From positions 4,492 through 68,491 of the forward strand of contig CACCAS010000003.1 of NCBI GenBank assembly GCA_902544065.1: a DNA stretch of 64,000 nt, written 5' to 3'. The stretch comes from an uncultured Pelagibacteraceae bacterium. Lineage in GTDB: Bacteria > Pseudomonadota > Alphaproteobacteria > Pelagibacterales > AG-422-B15. The notes under the pieces were generated by a model. The model was given only the letters and a program-made list of their open reading frames with translations, had not been told where the DNA came from and ran no database searches. The translations under genes and the position numbers were made by a program. Shown here piece by piece: positions 1 through 8,884 of this stretch (positions within the stretch are counted from its first letter, which is position 1; every line of letters begins with the position of its first letter).

Positions 1-916
1 CTTTTTTAAGTATTTTGGGCTTAAGAATTTTTTTTCCTGTAATGGCTTTTATATGCAACTCAAATTGACTTATATTTGCATTATCAAGTGTGATATGCCC
101 GGAATTATGAACCCTTGGAGCAATTTCATTAACAAAAATATTATTTTCTTTATCAATGAAAAATTCAATCGTTAACAAACCTACATAATTAAGCTTTGTA
201 ATAATTTTTTTTGATATTTTTATTAATTTACTCTCAATTTCCGTATCTATGCTACTAGGAGATGTTGTTTCAAAAAGTATGTGGTTTTTGTGTACATTAG
301 TGAATGTAGGATAAAAGTAAAAATTTTGTTTTATGTCTCTCGCACATACAACTGAAACTTCTTTTTCAAGATTAATCTTCCTTTCTATAATACAGTCTTG
401 ATAGCCATTCTCTTTCCATTGTCTTTCTAAATTTTTAGAATTTTTTACTAGCGACTGTCCTTTGCCATCGTAGCCAAATCTGGTTGTTTTTAATATCACA
501 GGATACTGAATTGAAGTTTTTAGTTTTTTCAAACTATTCTTATTATTTAGAAGACCAATTCCTGCATGGTCAATTTTATTTTTTGAGAAGAATTGTTTCT
601 CTTTTTTTCTATCCTGACTAATTGTCAGTGCAGAAATAGGGGGGTATATTTTCTTTTTCTTTAATTTTTTTAGAGCTTTAGTTGATATATTTTCAAATTC
701 GTAGGTTATAAGATCTACTTCACTACTAAAAAGTTTTAAACTTTCAACATCTTCAAAGGAACCATAAAACATTTTGTCAGCATATTTTTCTGCGGGAACT
801 CTTTTGCTGTCTGAGTAAACGAATACTTTAAGTCCTAACTTATTACATGAATGAGCTAAGAACATACCCAACTGTCCACCACCAATGATGCCAATGGTAG
901 AAACTTTAAAACTCAT
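1..916 (-). CDS. purK: N5-carboxyaminoimidazole ribonucleotide synthase (ATP-grasp); C-terminus lies beyond the left window edge
   Basis: Not in the ORF track because it runs off the edge. My translation from the ATG at 916 gives [19 protein letters not shown]...[11 protein letters not shown]...[12 protein letters not shown], which are PurK motifs. ATGA overlap with the purE stop. Confidence 0.85.
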   Translation of the reverse strand, partial: MSFKVSTIGIIGGGQLGMFLAHSCNKLGLKVFVYSDSKRVPAEKYADKMFYGSFEDVESLKLFSSEVDLITYEFENISTKALKKLKKKKIYPPISALTISQDRKKEKQFFSKNKIDHAGIGLLNNKNSLKKLKTSIQYPVILKTTRFGYDGKGQSLVKNSKNLERQWKENGYQDCIIERKINLEKEVSVVCARDIKQNFYFYPTFTNVHKNHILFETTSPSSIDTEIESKLIKISKKIITKLNYVGLLTIEFFIDKENNIFVNEIAPRVHNSGHITLDNANISQFELHIKAITGKKILKPKILKK

Positions 917-1404
917 TTTTTAGGCTTTATCTTTACTGATCGGGTTTGTTTTAAACGCCAACTCTTATATTTATTTTTAATAATTTTATCTTCACCACTT
1001 AATATTGAGATTGCTAATAAGGCAGCATTTTTTGCCCCTGATTCACCTACAGCTAATGATCCCACAGGAACTCCAGTAGGCATTTGAGCGATTGATAGCA
1101 AGCTATCCAATCCTTTTAATTTTTTAGATTCAACTGGAACACCCAGCACAGGCAAGTTACTTATTGATGCAGTCATGCCAGGAAGATGAGCAGCTCCTCC
1201 AGCTCCTGCAATTATTACTTTTATGCCCCTTTTGTCTGCTTCCTCGGCATATTTGAATAATCTTTTGGGAGTGCGGTGGGCTGAAATAATCTTTACTTCA
1301 TGTTTAATTTTAAAAGTCGTTAAAATTTTTGATGCATGTTTCATTGTTGGCCAATCAGATTGGCTTCCCATTATTATGCTAACGAGTGGCAAACTTTTCA
1401 TCAA
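913..1404 (-). CDS. purE: N5-carboxyaminoimidazole ribonucleotide mutase
   Basis: [17 protein letters not shown] and [10 protein letters not shown] motifs; 163 aa; directly upstream of purK. Confidence 0.93.
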   Translation of the reverse strand: MMKSLPLVSIIMGSQSDWPTMKHASKILTTFKIKHEVKIISAHRTPKRLFKYAEEADKRGIKVIIAGAGGAAHLPGMTASISNLPVLGVPVESKKLKGLDSLLSIAQMPTGVPVGSLAVGESGAKNAALLAISILSGEDKIIKNKYKSWRLKQTRSVKIKPKK

Positions 1405-1410
1405 TAAAAC

Positions 1411-2058
1411 TTATTCGTCTATAGTTGTTTTTGTAGAGGAGAGATTCTCTTTCTCTTCACTTTGAATATTCATTTCCTCTAATTTCAGCTTTTCTTCTTT
1501 TGCTTTTTTCTTTTCAGCACGTTTGATTGAGCGCTCAGCTTTTTCAAGAGCTTCATCTAATTCTATTTGCCTACATAGACCAAGACCGATTGGGTCTTGA
1601 GGCCTGATGTTTGCCATATTCCAATGAGTTCTCTTTCTTATCCCATCTATAGTATTTTTTGTACTTCCTACTAAACGAGCTACCTGAGAATCTTTTAGTT
1701 CAGGGTGATTTCTAATTAACCAATAAACAGCATCTGGTCGATCTTGTCTTTTAGATAGGGGTGTGTATTTCTTTTTTTTCTTTGATTGTTCTGTTTTTTC
1801 GGAGATTTCATTTTCAATGATTTGAAGCTCTTCTTCTTCTGATACAACACATCTATTAATTTCTTCTTTAGTTAATTGGCCACTAGTAATTGGATTTAAT
1901 CCTTTAATTCCTGTACCTACTTCCCCGTCAGCTATACCCTTAATTTCTAATTCGTGCATGCCGCAGAAATTTCCTATCTGTCTGAAAGAGAGGGAAGTGT
2001 TATCTACAAGCCAAATTGCAGTAGCTTTTGGCATAAGTGGTAATTTTATTGTTTTCAT
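1411..2058 (-). CDS. DUF1013-family protein (alphaproteobacterial TrcR-like) with a Lys/Glu-rich tail
   Basis: N-terminus MPKATAIWLVDNTSLSFRQIGNFCGMHELEIKGIADGEV matches my recollection of the conserved DUF1013 N-terminal block. Confidence 0.65.
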   Translation of the reverse strand: MKTIKLPLMPKATAIWLVDNTSLSFRQIGNFCGMHELEIKGIADGEVGTGIKGLNPITSGQLTKEEINRCVVSEEEELQIIENEISEKTEQSKKKKKYTPLSKRQDRPDAVYWLIRNHPELKDSQVARLVGSTKNTIDGIRKRTHWNMANIRPQDPIGLGLCRQIELDEALEKAERSIKRAEKKKAKEEKLKLEEMNIQSEEKENLSSTKTTIDE

Positions 2059-2110
2059 AATCTGTAATTAAAAAAATCGTTATATGTTAGTTTATCATTT
2101 TTTTAAAGCT

Positions 2111-3088
2111 TTACTCAAAATTTAGCAGTAATTTACCTATATTTTTATTATTTTCCATGTATTGGTGAGCCTTTGAGACATCATTGATATCAAATTTTTT
2201 ATCAATATGAAGTTTAATATTGTTATTTTCAATCAAGGGCCAAATATTTTTTTTAAGATTTTCAGCTATTTCAGCCTTTTCTTTATTTGTCCTTGCTCTT
2301 AAAGTAGATCCCGAAATGATTAATCTCTTTAGCATTATTGGTAGATGATTAGCCTCAATCTTTGAACCCTGAAGATAAGCAATATTAATTAGTCTTCCAA
2401 AACGATTCAATATATTTAGATTTTTTTGGAAGTAATTTCCTCCTACCATATCCAGAATTACATCAATACCTTTATATTCGTTGAGAATTATTTTTTCAAA
2501 ATCATGAGTCTTATAATTAATTACTCGTTCTATATTTAAAGAGTTTAAATACTTTTCTTTTTCATCAGACCCTACTGTAACAATACATTTCACTCCTAAC
2601 GCCATTGCCATTGAAACAGCAGTTAACCCTATACCGCTAGCACCGCCGTGAATAAGCAGTGTTTCATCCCTTTTAAGTTTCGCAAGGTCAAATAAATTTG
2701 TCCATACTGTAAAAAAAGTTTCAGGAATGGTGCAAGCATCACTAAGCGAAGTACCTTTTGGAACAGGTAGTATTGTTGATTTATGGCATTTCACGTATTC
2801 CGCATATCCACCACCTGTTACTAGAGCGCAAACATTTTTGTTTAGAAATTCTTTATCAATACCTTTACCACAATCTACAATACTTCCTGAAACCTCTAGT
2901 CCAAGTATCTCCGAAGCGCCTTTAGGAGGCGGGTATTGACCCATGCGTTGCAATATGTCTGGTCTATTTATCCCTGCTGCATGAACTTTGATTAATACTT
3001 CTTCATCACTAACAACTGGTGTCTCTATGTTGTCAGATACATATAGGACTTCAGGGCCTCCAAATTTGTCAAAAGTAACTGCTTTCAT
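2111..3088 (-). CDS. qor: NAD(P)H:quinone oxidoreductase, zinc-independent MDR (zeta-crystallin/PIG3 type)
   Basis: 325 aa; INRPD, HGGASGIG nucleotide-binding loop, GKLLL C-terminus typical of the Qor family. Confidence 0.8.
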   Translation of the reverse strand: MKAVTFDKFGGPEVLYVSDNIETPVVSDEEVLIKVHAAGINRPDILQRMGQYPPPKGASEILGLEVSGSIVDCGKGIDKEFLNKNVCALVTGGGYAEYVKCHKSTILPVPKGTSLSDACTIPETFFTVWTNLFDLAKLKRDETLLIHGGASGIGLTAVSMAMALGVKCIVTVGSDEKEKYLNSLNIERVINYKTHDFEKIILNEYKGIDVILDMVGGNYFQKNLNILNRFGRLINIAYLQGSKIEANHLPIMLKRLIISGSTLRARTNKEKAEIAENLKKNIWPLIENNNIKLHIDKKFDINDVSKAHQYMENNKNIGKLLLNFE

Positions 3089-3099
3089 AAAAATATAGA

Positions 3100-3127
3100 G
3101 GAGCTGCTAAATATTATTAGCAGCTCC
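3100..3127 (-). terminator. Stem-loop downstream of the Hsp20 gene (10-bp GC-containing stem, followed by a T-rich run on the minus strand)
   Basis: ggagctgcta (3100-3109) pairs with tagcagctcc (3118-3127). The minus-strand continuation is tctatattttt. It lies 10 nt after the Hsp20 stop and 12 nt before the qor start. Confidence 0.6.
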
Positions 3128-3136
3128 TTATTAAAA

Positions 3137-3565
3137 TTAATTAATGTTATTATTAATCTCTATTTTTCTTGGTTTTTGATGTTCTGGAATTTCTCTTTCA
3201 AGAAATACATTCAATAAACCATTCTCATAGTTTGCATCAGATACTTTGATAGTGTCAGCTAGTCGAAATTTTCTTTCAAAGCTTCTCCCAGCAATACCTT
3301 TATGTAAGAACTCAACGTTATTTTCAGAGTCATTGGTCTTACCACTGATTATTAGCTCATTTTCTTGTACAGAAATGTCTAAGTCAGACATTGAAAAACC
3401 AGCTACTGCAAGTGTTATGGTGTAATTATTACCTGATTTCACAATATTGTAAGGCGGGTAAGCACTTCCAGTCTCATTCATGTTAAAGACAGAGTCAAAA
3501 ATATTGTCAAATGCGTCAAAACCTACGCTTGAGCGCAGTAATGGCGATAAGTCAAATGTAGTCAT
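3137..3565 (-). CDS. ibpA: Small heat-shock protein, Hsp20/alpha-crystallin family
   Basis: 142 aa; PPYNI...YTITLAVAGF...L.I....ERKFRL..........NGLL alpha-crystallin domain pattern. Confidence 0.9.
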   Translation of the reverse strand: MTTFDLSPLLRSSVGFDAFDNIFDSVFNMNETGSAYPPYNIVKSGNNYTITLAVAGFSMSDLDISVQENELIISGKTNDSENNVEFLHKGIAGRSFERKFRLADTIKVSDANYENGLLNVFLEREIPEHQKPRKIEINNNIN

Positions 3566-3655
3566 AGTTTAATCCTCCTTAAGCGATTAAAAGTTTTAGC
3601 CTACTTAAATTAAGCTAGGCAATTTTTGCTGATGCATTATTGCCACCAACAAAAC

Positions 3656-3685
3656 ACATATTGTGATGATTATCTTGATTTCAAG
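3656..3685 (-). promoter_or_regulatory. Candidate sigma-32 (RpoH) type promoter for the Hsp20 gene
   Basis: On the minus strand: CTTGAA (3685-3680), 16 nt spacer, CAATATGT (3663-3656). Resembles the CTTGAA-N16-CCCCATNT / CnTATnT heat-shock consensus. About 90 nt upstream of the ATG. Confidence 0.4.
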
Positions 3686-3694
3686 GTTCGAAGC

Positions 3695-3913
3695 TTAAGT
3701 TTTAAGATTGCTAAATCTCTTCTTAAATCTGCTTACTTGACCTTTATCTTGAATTTTTTGTTGCCCACCGGTCCATGCAGGATGTGATAAAGGATCTATA
3801 TCAAGAGACATTGTATCTCCTTCTTTTCCCCATGTGGACTTCGTTTCAAACTTCGTACCATCAGTCATTACAACGTTAATTGTATGATAATTTGGATGTT
3901 TATCTTTTTTCAT
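3695..3913 (-). CDS. rpmE: 50S ribosomal protein L31
   Basis: [10 protein letters not shown]...HPAWTG...RFKKRF; 72 aa. Confidence 0.92.
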   Translation of the reverse strand: MKKDKHPNYHTINVVMTDGTKFETKSTWGKEGDTMSLDIDPLSHPAWTGGQQKIQDKGQVSRFKKRFSNLKT

Positions 3914-3984
3914 TTTATTTAGTTAATTTTGAGGTTAATTAACCTATATAATAATTCTGATCAATATTTATTTAGTGAATTTCT

Positions 3985-4287
3985 ATGAGAATAGTTAATG
4001 TAATGATGAAAAGGCTTAATATTATCAGTTTTTGGCAGTTTATATTGATAATGACCGTATTTGCAATCACGGGATCTTTATCACTTTATATAACAGTCGA
4101 ATTTTTCGAAATCATCGGCTTAAAAGAGGAAAACTTTAATCCAATTATATTTTGGCCAATTAGAATTATTCTTTTATTTTTTATATATCAAATATTATTA
4201 TTAGTAGTTGCTATTCCTTTTGGACAACTCCAATATTTTTGGAAATTTGAAAAGAAAATTTTAAATAGAGTTGGTATAAAAATATGA
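3985..4287 (+). CDS. Small integral membrane protein (2-3 TM helices), function unknown
   Basis: Hydrophobic segments FWQFILIMTVFAITGSLSLYI and IRIILLFFIYQILLLVVAI. The start is uncertain because there are several in-frame Met codons. Confidence 0.4.
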   Translation: MRIVNVMMKRLNIISFWQFILIMTVFAITGSLSLYITVEFFEIIGLKEENFNPIIFWPIRIILLFFIYQILLLVVAIPFGQLQYFWKFEKKILNRVGIKI

Positions 4288-5070
4288 TTAAATTATTTTT
4301 TGAAGTTGATCATGAATTCTAAAGTTCGTTGCAAGAATTCTCCCTGAATTGAGATATTCCTCTCTTCCTTCAAAGTCAGTTACTTTTCCGCCTGCCTCTT
4401 TTACAATTAATGATCCTGCAGCGATATCAACTAGCTTTAAGTTTTTTTCCCAATAACCGTCATACTTGCCCGCAGCAACATATGCTAGATCCAAAGATGC
4501 AGTGCCCATTCTTCTAACACCACATACATTTTCCATTACTGTTTTAAGTCCAGGCAGATACTCTTCGTGTCCTTTCATTCCTTTGTGAGGAATGCCTGTT
4601 CCAATCATGCAGTCTTCTAAGTTTTCCCTTGATGAAACTCTTAGCCTTAGGTTATTGCAAAAAGCGCCCCTACCTTTTACAGCCCAAAAAAATTCGTCTG
4701 TCAGCGGCTGATAAACTCCACCTACAATAATTTCATTGTCTTTTTCTAAAGCAATTGATATCGCAAAATGAGGGATACTAAAAACAAAATTACTCGTTCC
4801 ATCAAGAGGATCGATTATCCATCTCATATTATCGTCTGAGTTTTTTATTGTTCCATTTTCTTCAGCAAGTATATTTATTTTAGGATATGAATAAGTAAGT
4901 TCTTTTATTATTTGCTTCTCTGCTCGGGTATCTGCTAAAGAAACAAAATCAGAAACTCCCTTTAAAGATACCTGTAATTTTTCAACTTCTCCAAAGTCTC
5001 GTATGAGATTTTTACTTACTTTTCTTGAAGCAAGGAATATTGCATTTATATAAGGGTCAGAGTAACTCAT
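4288..5070 (-). CDS. suhB: Inositol monophosphatase family protein
   Basis: WIIDPLDGTSNF and DLAYVAAGKYDGYWE motifs; 260 aa. Confidence 0.88.
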   Translation of the reverse strand: MSYSDPYINAIFLASRKVSKNLIRDFGEVEKLQVSLKGVSDFVSLADTRAEKQIIKELTYSYPKINILAEENGTIKNSDDNMRWIIDPLDGTSNFVFSIPHFAISIALEKDNEIIVGGVYQPLTDEFFWAVKGRGAFCNNLRLRVSSRENLEDCMIGTGIPHKGMKGHEEYLPGLKTVMENVCGVRRMGTASLDLAYVAAGKYDGYWEKNLKLVDIAAGSLIVKEAGGKVTDFEGREEYLNSGRILATNFRIHDQLQKII

Positions 5071-5633
5071 TAGTCAACTCTTTTAGAATAAGTTAAGTCC
5101 TCTGTATTGATTTCAATTTTCTCACCTTGTTCAATAAAAGGTGGCACCATTACTCTTATGCCATTCTCTAATATCGCAGGTTTATTTGAAGATGCAGCTG
5201 TTTGACCCTTAACAACCGCCTCCGTTTCACTAACAATAAAGGAGAGAGTTTTTGGAAGTTGTATTCCTATAGCTTTTTGATTGTACATCTCAATTATAAC
5301 TTCATCATTTTCACTCATTAAGACCATTCGATCTCCAGCAATTTCTGAGTCCAGTTCTATTTGTTCGTATGAGTCTGTATTCATAAATACTAGTTTATCA
5401 TCTTGTTTATATAAATATTGGTACTTTTCTTCATCTACCCGAACACGTTCTACCTCCTCAGAGGCTCTGAACCTCTCATTTAGTTTTGATCCAGTTTTAA
5501 TATTTTTCATTTCAACCTGGTTGAATGCTCCACCCTTGCCTGGTTTAACTGATTGTGATTTGGCAACAGTCCACAACTCACTCTTATGCTCTAAAATCAT
5601 GCCAGGTTTTACAGAATTCCCATTAATTTTCAT
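5070..5633 (-). CDS. efp: Elongation factor P
   Basis: VKPGKGGAF loop; 187 aa; three-domain length. Confidence 0.93.
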   Translation of the reverse strand: MKINGNSVKPGMILEHKSELWTVAKSQSVKPGKGGAFNQVEMKNIKTGSKLNERFRASEEVERVRVDEEKYQYLYKQDDKLVFMNTDSYEQIELDSEIAGDRMVLMSENDEVIIEMYNQKAIGIQLPKTLSFIVSETEAVVKGQTAASSNKPAILENGIRVMVPPFIEQGEKIEINTEDLTYSKRVD

Positions 5634-5637
5634 TCAA

Positions 5638-6657
5638 TTAAGTCTCAAGTGATTCGCTCCATTCACCTAAAGAAGCTTTCATATTCATGATTGCACGATG
5701 GCCAAATGCTTTTTGTGCATGCTCTAGATTATTGTCATTACCTGACCAAGCTTTCAATGCCGCTTGCTGCAATGCTCTTCCATAAGAGAAGCTTAGTTTC
5801 CATTTAAAACCACCAATTTTATTCATCTCATCTAAGTGTGCCGTTGCATCTCTATCAGATTGACCGCCAGAAAGAAAAACAATGCCTGGTAATTCGTCAG
5901 GCACAGAGGAATTCAGGCAATCAAGAGTTTTTTCTGCAACTTCCCTATAATTTGCTTGATGACTATTTTCTGTTCCTGAAACTACCATGTTAGGTTTTAA
6001 AAGGGTGCCCTTAATATTTATATTTTTTTTATCAAGCATTTCAAAAAGTACAGATAATGTATTCTTAGTAACGTCATAGCATTGATCTATTGTATGCTGG
6101 CCATCCATAATAACTTCAGGTTCAACTATTGGTACCATATTATTTTCTTGAGCTATAAGGGCGTACTTGGATAAAGCTAGCATATTTTCATTGATACATT
6201 TTGTAGATGGCATGCCATCGCCAATATTGATTACCGCTCTCCATTTAGTAAATTTAGCACCCAATGCATCATATTCTCTACAACGTTCATTTAGGCCATC
6301 TAATCCAGTTGTGATTTTTTCATTAGATTTATCTTCCAGTTCTTTTACTCCTTGGTCTACCTTAATACCAGGAAGTGACCCATGGTTTAAAATTACATCT
6401 CTTAAATATGATCCATCTTTTGCTTTTTGTCTTAGAGTCTCATCAAATAAAATTACCCCACCGATAGCCTCTGCCATAGCGGGAGATCTAAAAAGCATTT
6501 CTCTATATTTTCTTCTGTTATCTTCAGTTGACACCACGTCAATTGACTTAAATCTTTTTTCTATTGTTCCAGTGCTTTCGTCAGCTGCTAGTATTCCTTT
6601 GCCGTCCTTTACAATATAGCTTGCAATATCTTCTAAAGTTTTTGGTATCATTTTCAT
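5638..6657 (-). CDS. fba: Fructose-bisphosphate aldolase, class I
   Basis: GILAADES, LLKPNMV (Schiff-base Lys region), SFSYGRALQ; 339 aa. Confidence 0.92.
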   Translation of the reverse strand: MKMIPKTLEDIASYIVKDGKGILAADESTGTIEKRFKSIDVVSTEDNRRKYREMLFRSPAMAEAIGGVILFDETLRQKAKDGSYLRDVILNHGSLPGIKVDQGVKELEDKSNEKITTGLDGLNERCREYDALGAKFTKWRAVINIGDGMPSTKCINENMLALSKYALIAQENNMVPIVEPEVIMDGQHTIDQCYDVTKNTLSVLFEMLDKKNINIKGTLLKPNMVVSGTENSHQANYREVAEKTLDCLNSSVPDELPGIVFLSGGQSDRDATAHLDEMNKIGGFKWKLSFSYGRALQQAALKAWSGNDNNLEHAQKAFGHRAIMNMKASLGEWSESLET

Positions 6658-6663
6658 CTCCTA

Positions 6664-7860
6664 TTATAAAATTCCTAATGCGACCAGGCCTGGTAATTTC
6701 TTACCTTCTATTAGCTCAAGTAATGCCCCACCGCCAGTAGAAACATAAGAAAATTTATCTTTCACACGGGCTAAGTCCAATGCAGAAATTGTATCACCTC
6801 CACCAGCAAATGACCTAATTTTATTATTTTCAGTTAGAGTGCCAATAAAATTTGCAATTTCTTCAGTACCTTTGTCAAATGGAGAAGTTTCAAATACTCC
6901 AAGTGGACCATTCCAGAATACAGTTTTAGATTTACTAATTTCATTTTTTATTAACTTCAATGTTTTTTTGCCTATATCCAGAATCATATTTTGTTCTTCA
7001 ATATTATTAATTTCAGACTCTTTAGTGTCTGCCTTGTCTGAAATTTTATCTGCTGTGACCACATCAATTGGCAAAACTAACCTACAATTATTTTTTGACG
7101 AAAAATCCAATATTTCTGTAATTAAGTGGTCGACATTTTCCTCATGCAATGATTTTTGGATATTATATCCATGGTATTTCAAAAAGTTATTTGCCATACC
7201 GCCAGCTATGACAATGGTATCCATTTTTTTTGATAAATTTTTAAGAACAGTAATTTTTGTGGATATTTTAGAACCTCCTATTATTGTGAGAGCAGGACTA
7301 AGGGGTTCATGTATCACTTCTTGCAAATTAATTATTTCTTCTTCAAGAAGATCGCCACAATATGAAGGCATGAAATGCGATATTGCCTCAATTGATGCAT
7401 GTGCGCGGTGCGCACAGGCAAATGCATCATTTATGTAAACATCAGCTAACTCAGATAATTTTTTTGCAAAGTCATGATCATTCTCTTCCTCTTCTTTATA
7501 GAATCTACAGTTTTCTAATAAAATAACTGTTCCATATTCAAGGGAATTAATTTTATCTTTTATTTCGTTCCCGATACAATCTGGTAAGAAATTTATTTTT
7601 TTTTCAAGAACTTTTTCTAGCTGAGGAACTACTTGCTTTAATGATAGTTCATCCTTTATTTCTCCTTTTGGTCTACCCAAGTGAGATAAAATAATGACTT
7701 TATGATTTTCATGCAACAGATTTAAAATAGGTTTTTTAATTCTGATTATTCTATCACTAATATATTCATCAATAGAATTTAGTGGAACGTTAAGATCAAA
7801 TCTTATTAATACAGTTTTATTTTTCTCAGTAATCTTTTTTAGATTAGAGACATCTAGCAT
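6664..7860 (-). CDS. pgk: Phosphoglycerate kinase
   Basis: RFDLNVP, SHLGRPKG, GGGDT motifs. I place the start at MLDVSNLKK (ATG 7860), which abuts the gap stop at 7863. The track's longer start (7899) would overlap gap. Confidence 0.92.
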   Translation of the reverse strand: MLDVSNLKKITEKNKTVLIRFDLNVPLNSIDEYISDRIIRIKKPILNLLHENHKVIILSHLGRPKGEIKDELSLKQVVPQLEKVLEKKINFLPDCIGNEIKDKINSLEYGTVILLENCRFYKEEEENDHDFAKKLSELADVYINDAFACAHRAHASIEAISHFMPSYCGDLLEEEIINLQEVIHEPLSPALTIIGGSKISTKITVLKNLSKKMDTIVIAGGMANNFLKYHGYNIQKSLHEENVDHLITEILDFSSKNNCRLVLPIDVVTADKISDKADTKESEINNIEEQNMILDIGKKTLKLIKNEISKSKTVFWNGPLGVFETSPFDKGTEEIANFIGTLTENNKIRSFAGGGDTISALDLARVKDKFSYVSTGGGALLELIEGKKLPGLVALGIL

Positions 7861-7862
7861 TA

Positions 7863-8873
7863 CTATTTTGATCTTTTCATTGCTACTGCAGTATCGCACA
7901 TTCTATTTGAGAAACCCCACTCATTATCATACCAACTTAAAACTCTTCCAAATTTTCCATCAATGACTTGTGTTTGAGTCAGGTCAAAATTTGATGAAGC
8001 AGGATTATGATTAAAATCTGATGAAACCAGTGGCTCTGAATTAACGTTAAGTATGCCTTTTAATTTATTGGATCGTGACGCAGCGGTCATGGCTTTATTT
8101 ACGCTATCAACTTTCATTGTTTTTTTTGATACAAATTTAAAATCGATAAGTGATACATTGGGAGTTGGTACTCTAATCGCCGTTCCATCTAGTTTTCCTG
8201 ATAATTCTGGCATCACTAACCCAACTGCTTTGGCGGCACCTGTTGATGTAGGTATCATTGACATTGAAGCAGCTCTAGCTCTTCTTAAATCAGGATGAAA
8301 TGTATCCAAAACACTTTGGTCACCTGTAAATGCATGAATGGTAGTCATATATCCATGAACAATTCCAAATTTTTCGTGAAGAACTTTAACTACTGGTGCC
8401 AAACAGTTCGTAGTGCAAGATGCATTCGAAACAACTAGATCATTGCGAGTTATTTCTTGTTCGTTTACCCCATATACTATTGTTTTATCAGCTTCAGAGC
8501 AGGGGGCAGAGACAAGAACTTTTTTTGCTCCCGCTTTGATATGCATAGATGCTTTTTCTTTCGAGGTAAATAAACCAGTACATTCAAGTGCTACGTCAAT
8601 TTTCATTTTTTTCCATGGAAGTTTTTGTGGATCTCTTTCATTAAGCACTAAAATAGTTTTCCTTCCAATGGTCATTTTGTTTTTCTTTACAGAAATTTTT
8701 TCGTTTAAAGGTCCATGCACCGTATCATTCGCTAGTAAGAATGCGTTTGTATCAACAGGCGCTAAGTCATTTATTGCAACAACATTAATATCCTTACGTT
8801 GACTCTCTATAATTGATCTGAGAACTAACCTACCAATCCTTCCAAACCCACTAATTGCAACATTTACTGCCAT
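7863..8873 (-). CDS. gap: Glyceraldehyde-3-phosphate dehydrogenase
   Basis: GFGRIGR, SNASCTTNCLAP active site, WYDNEWG. Confidence 0.95.
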   Translation of the reverse strand: MAVNVAISGFGRIGRLVLRSIIESQRKDINVVAINDLAPVDTNAFLLANDTVHGPLNEKISVKKNKMTIGRKTILVLNERDPQKLPWKKMKIDVALECTGLFTSKEKASMHIKAGAKKVLVSAPCSEADKTIVYGVNEQEITRNDLVVSNASCTTNCLAPVVKVLHEKFGIVHGYMTTIHAFTGDQSVLDTFHPDLRRARAASMSMIPTSTGAAKAVGLVMPELSGKLDGTAIRVPTPNVSLIDFKFVSKKTMKVDSVNKAMTAASRSNKLKGILNVNSEPLVSSDFNHNPASSNFDLTQTQVIDGKFGRVLSWYDNEWGFSNRMCDTAVAMKRSK

Positions 8874-8884
8874 TTTGATAACCC

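Noticed and set aside
1223-1465. Track ORFs lying antisense to or out of frame within strong conserved genes. Examples: 1223-1465, 2727-2939, 5281-5652, 6167-6619, 6839-7438, 8053-8298, 8413-8802, 9702-10091, 12704-12937, 14451-14648, 20961-21483, 22636-22821, 24102-24422, 24503-24739, 24948-25157, 25877-26059, 26566-26832, 29178-29378, 29590-29793, 30226-30549, 31194-31651, 34498-34683, 37481-37696, 39554-39760, 40956-41165, 41450-41698, 42937-43137, 44902-45159, 47408-48037, 48365-48607, 49139-49453, 50516-50698, 50821-51021, 51549-51734, 52583-52975, 53319-53579, 54832-55330, 56361-56698, 57656-57892, 58473-58724, 58841-59059, 62572-62781, 63384-63587.
   Set aside because: Each lies entirely or almost entirely inside a gene with clear family motifs on another frame or strand. 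Their sequences are low-complexity (Ser/Phe/Leu/Ile-rich), as expected for shadow ORFs in AT-rich DNA, and none shows a recognisable motif.
3566-3655. ROSE-type or fourU RNA thermometer in the Hsp20 leader.
   Set aside because: I could not find a U-rich or UYGCU segment positioned to pair with the AAGGAGG Shine-Dalgarno. The hairpins seen do not sequester the ribosome-binding site.
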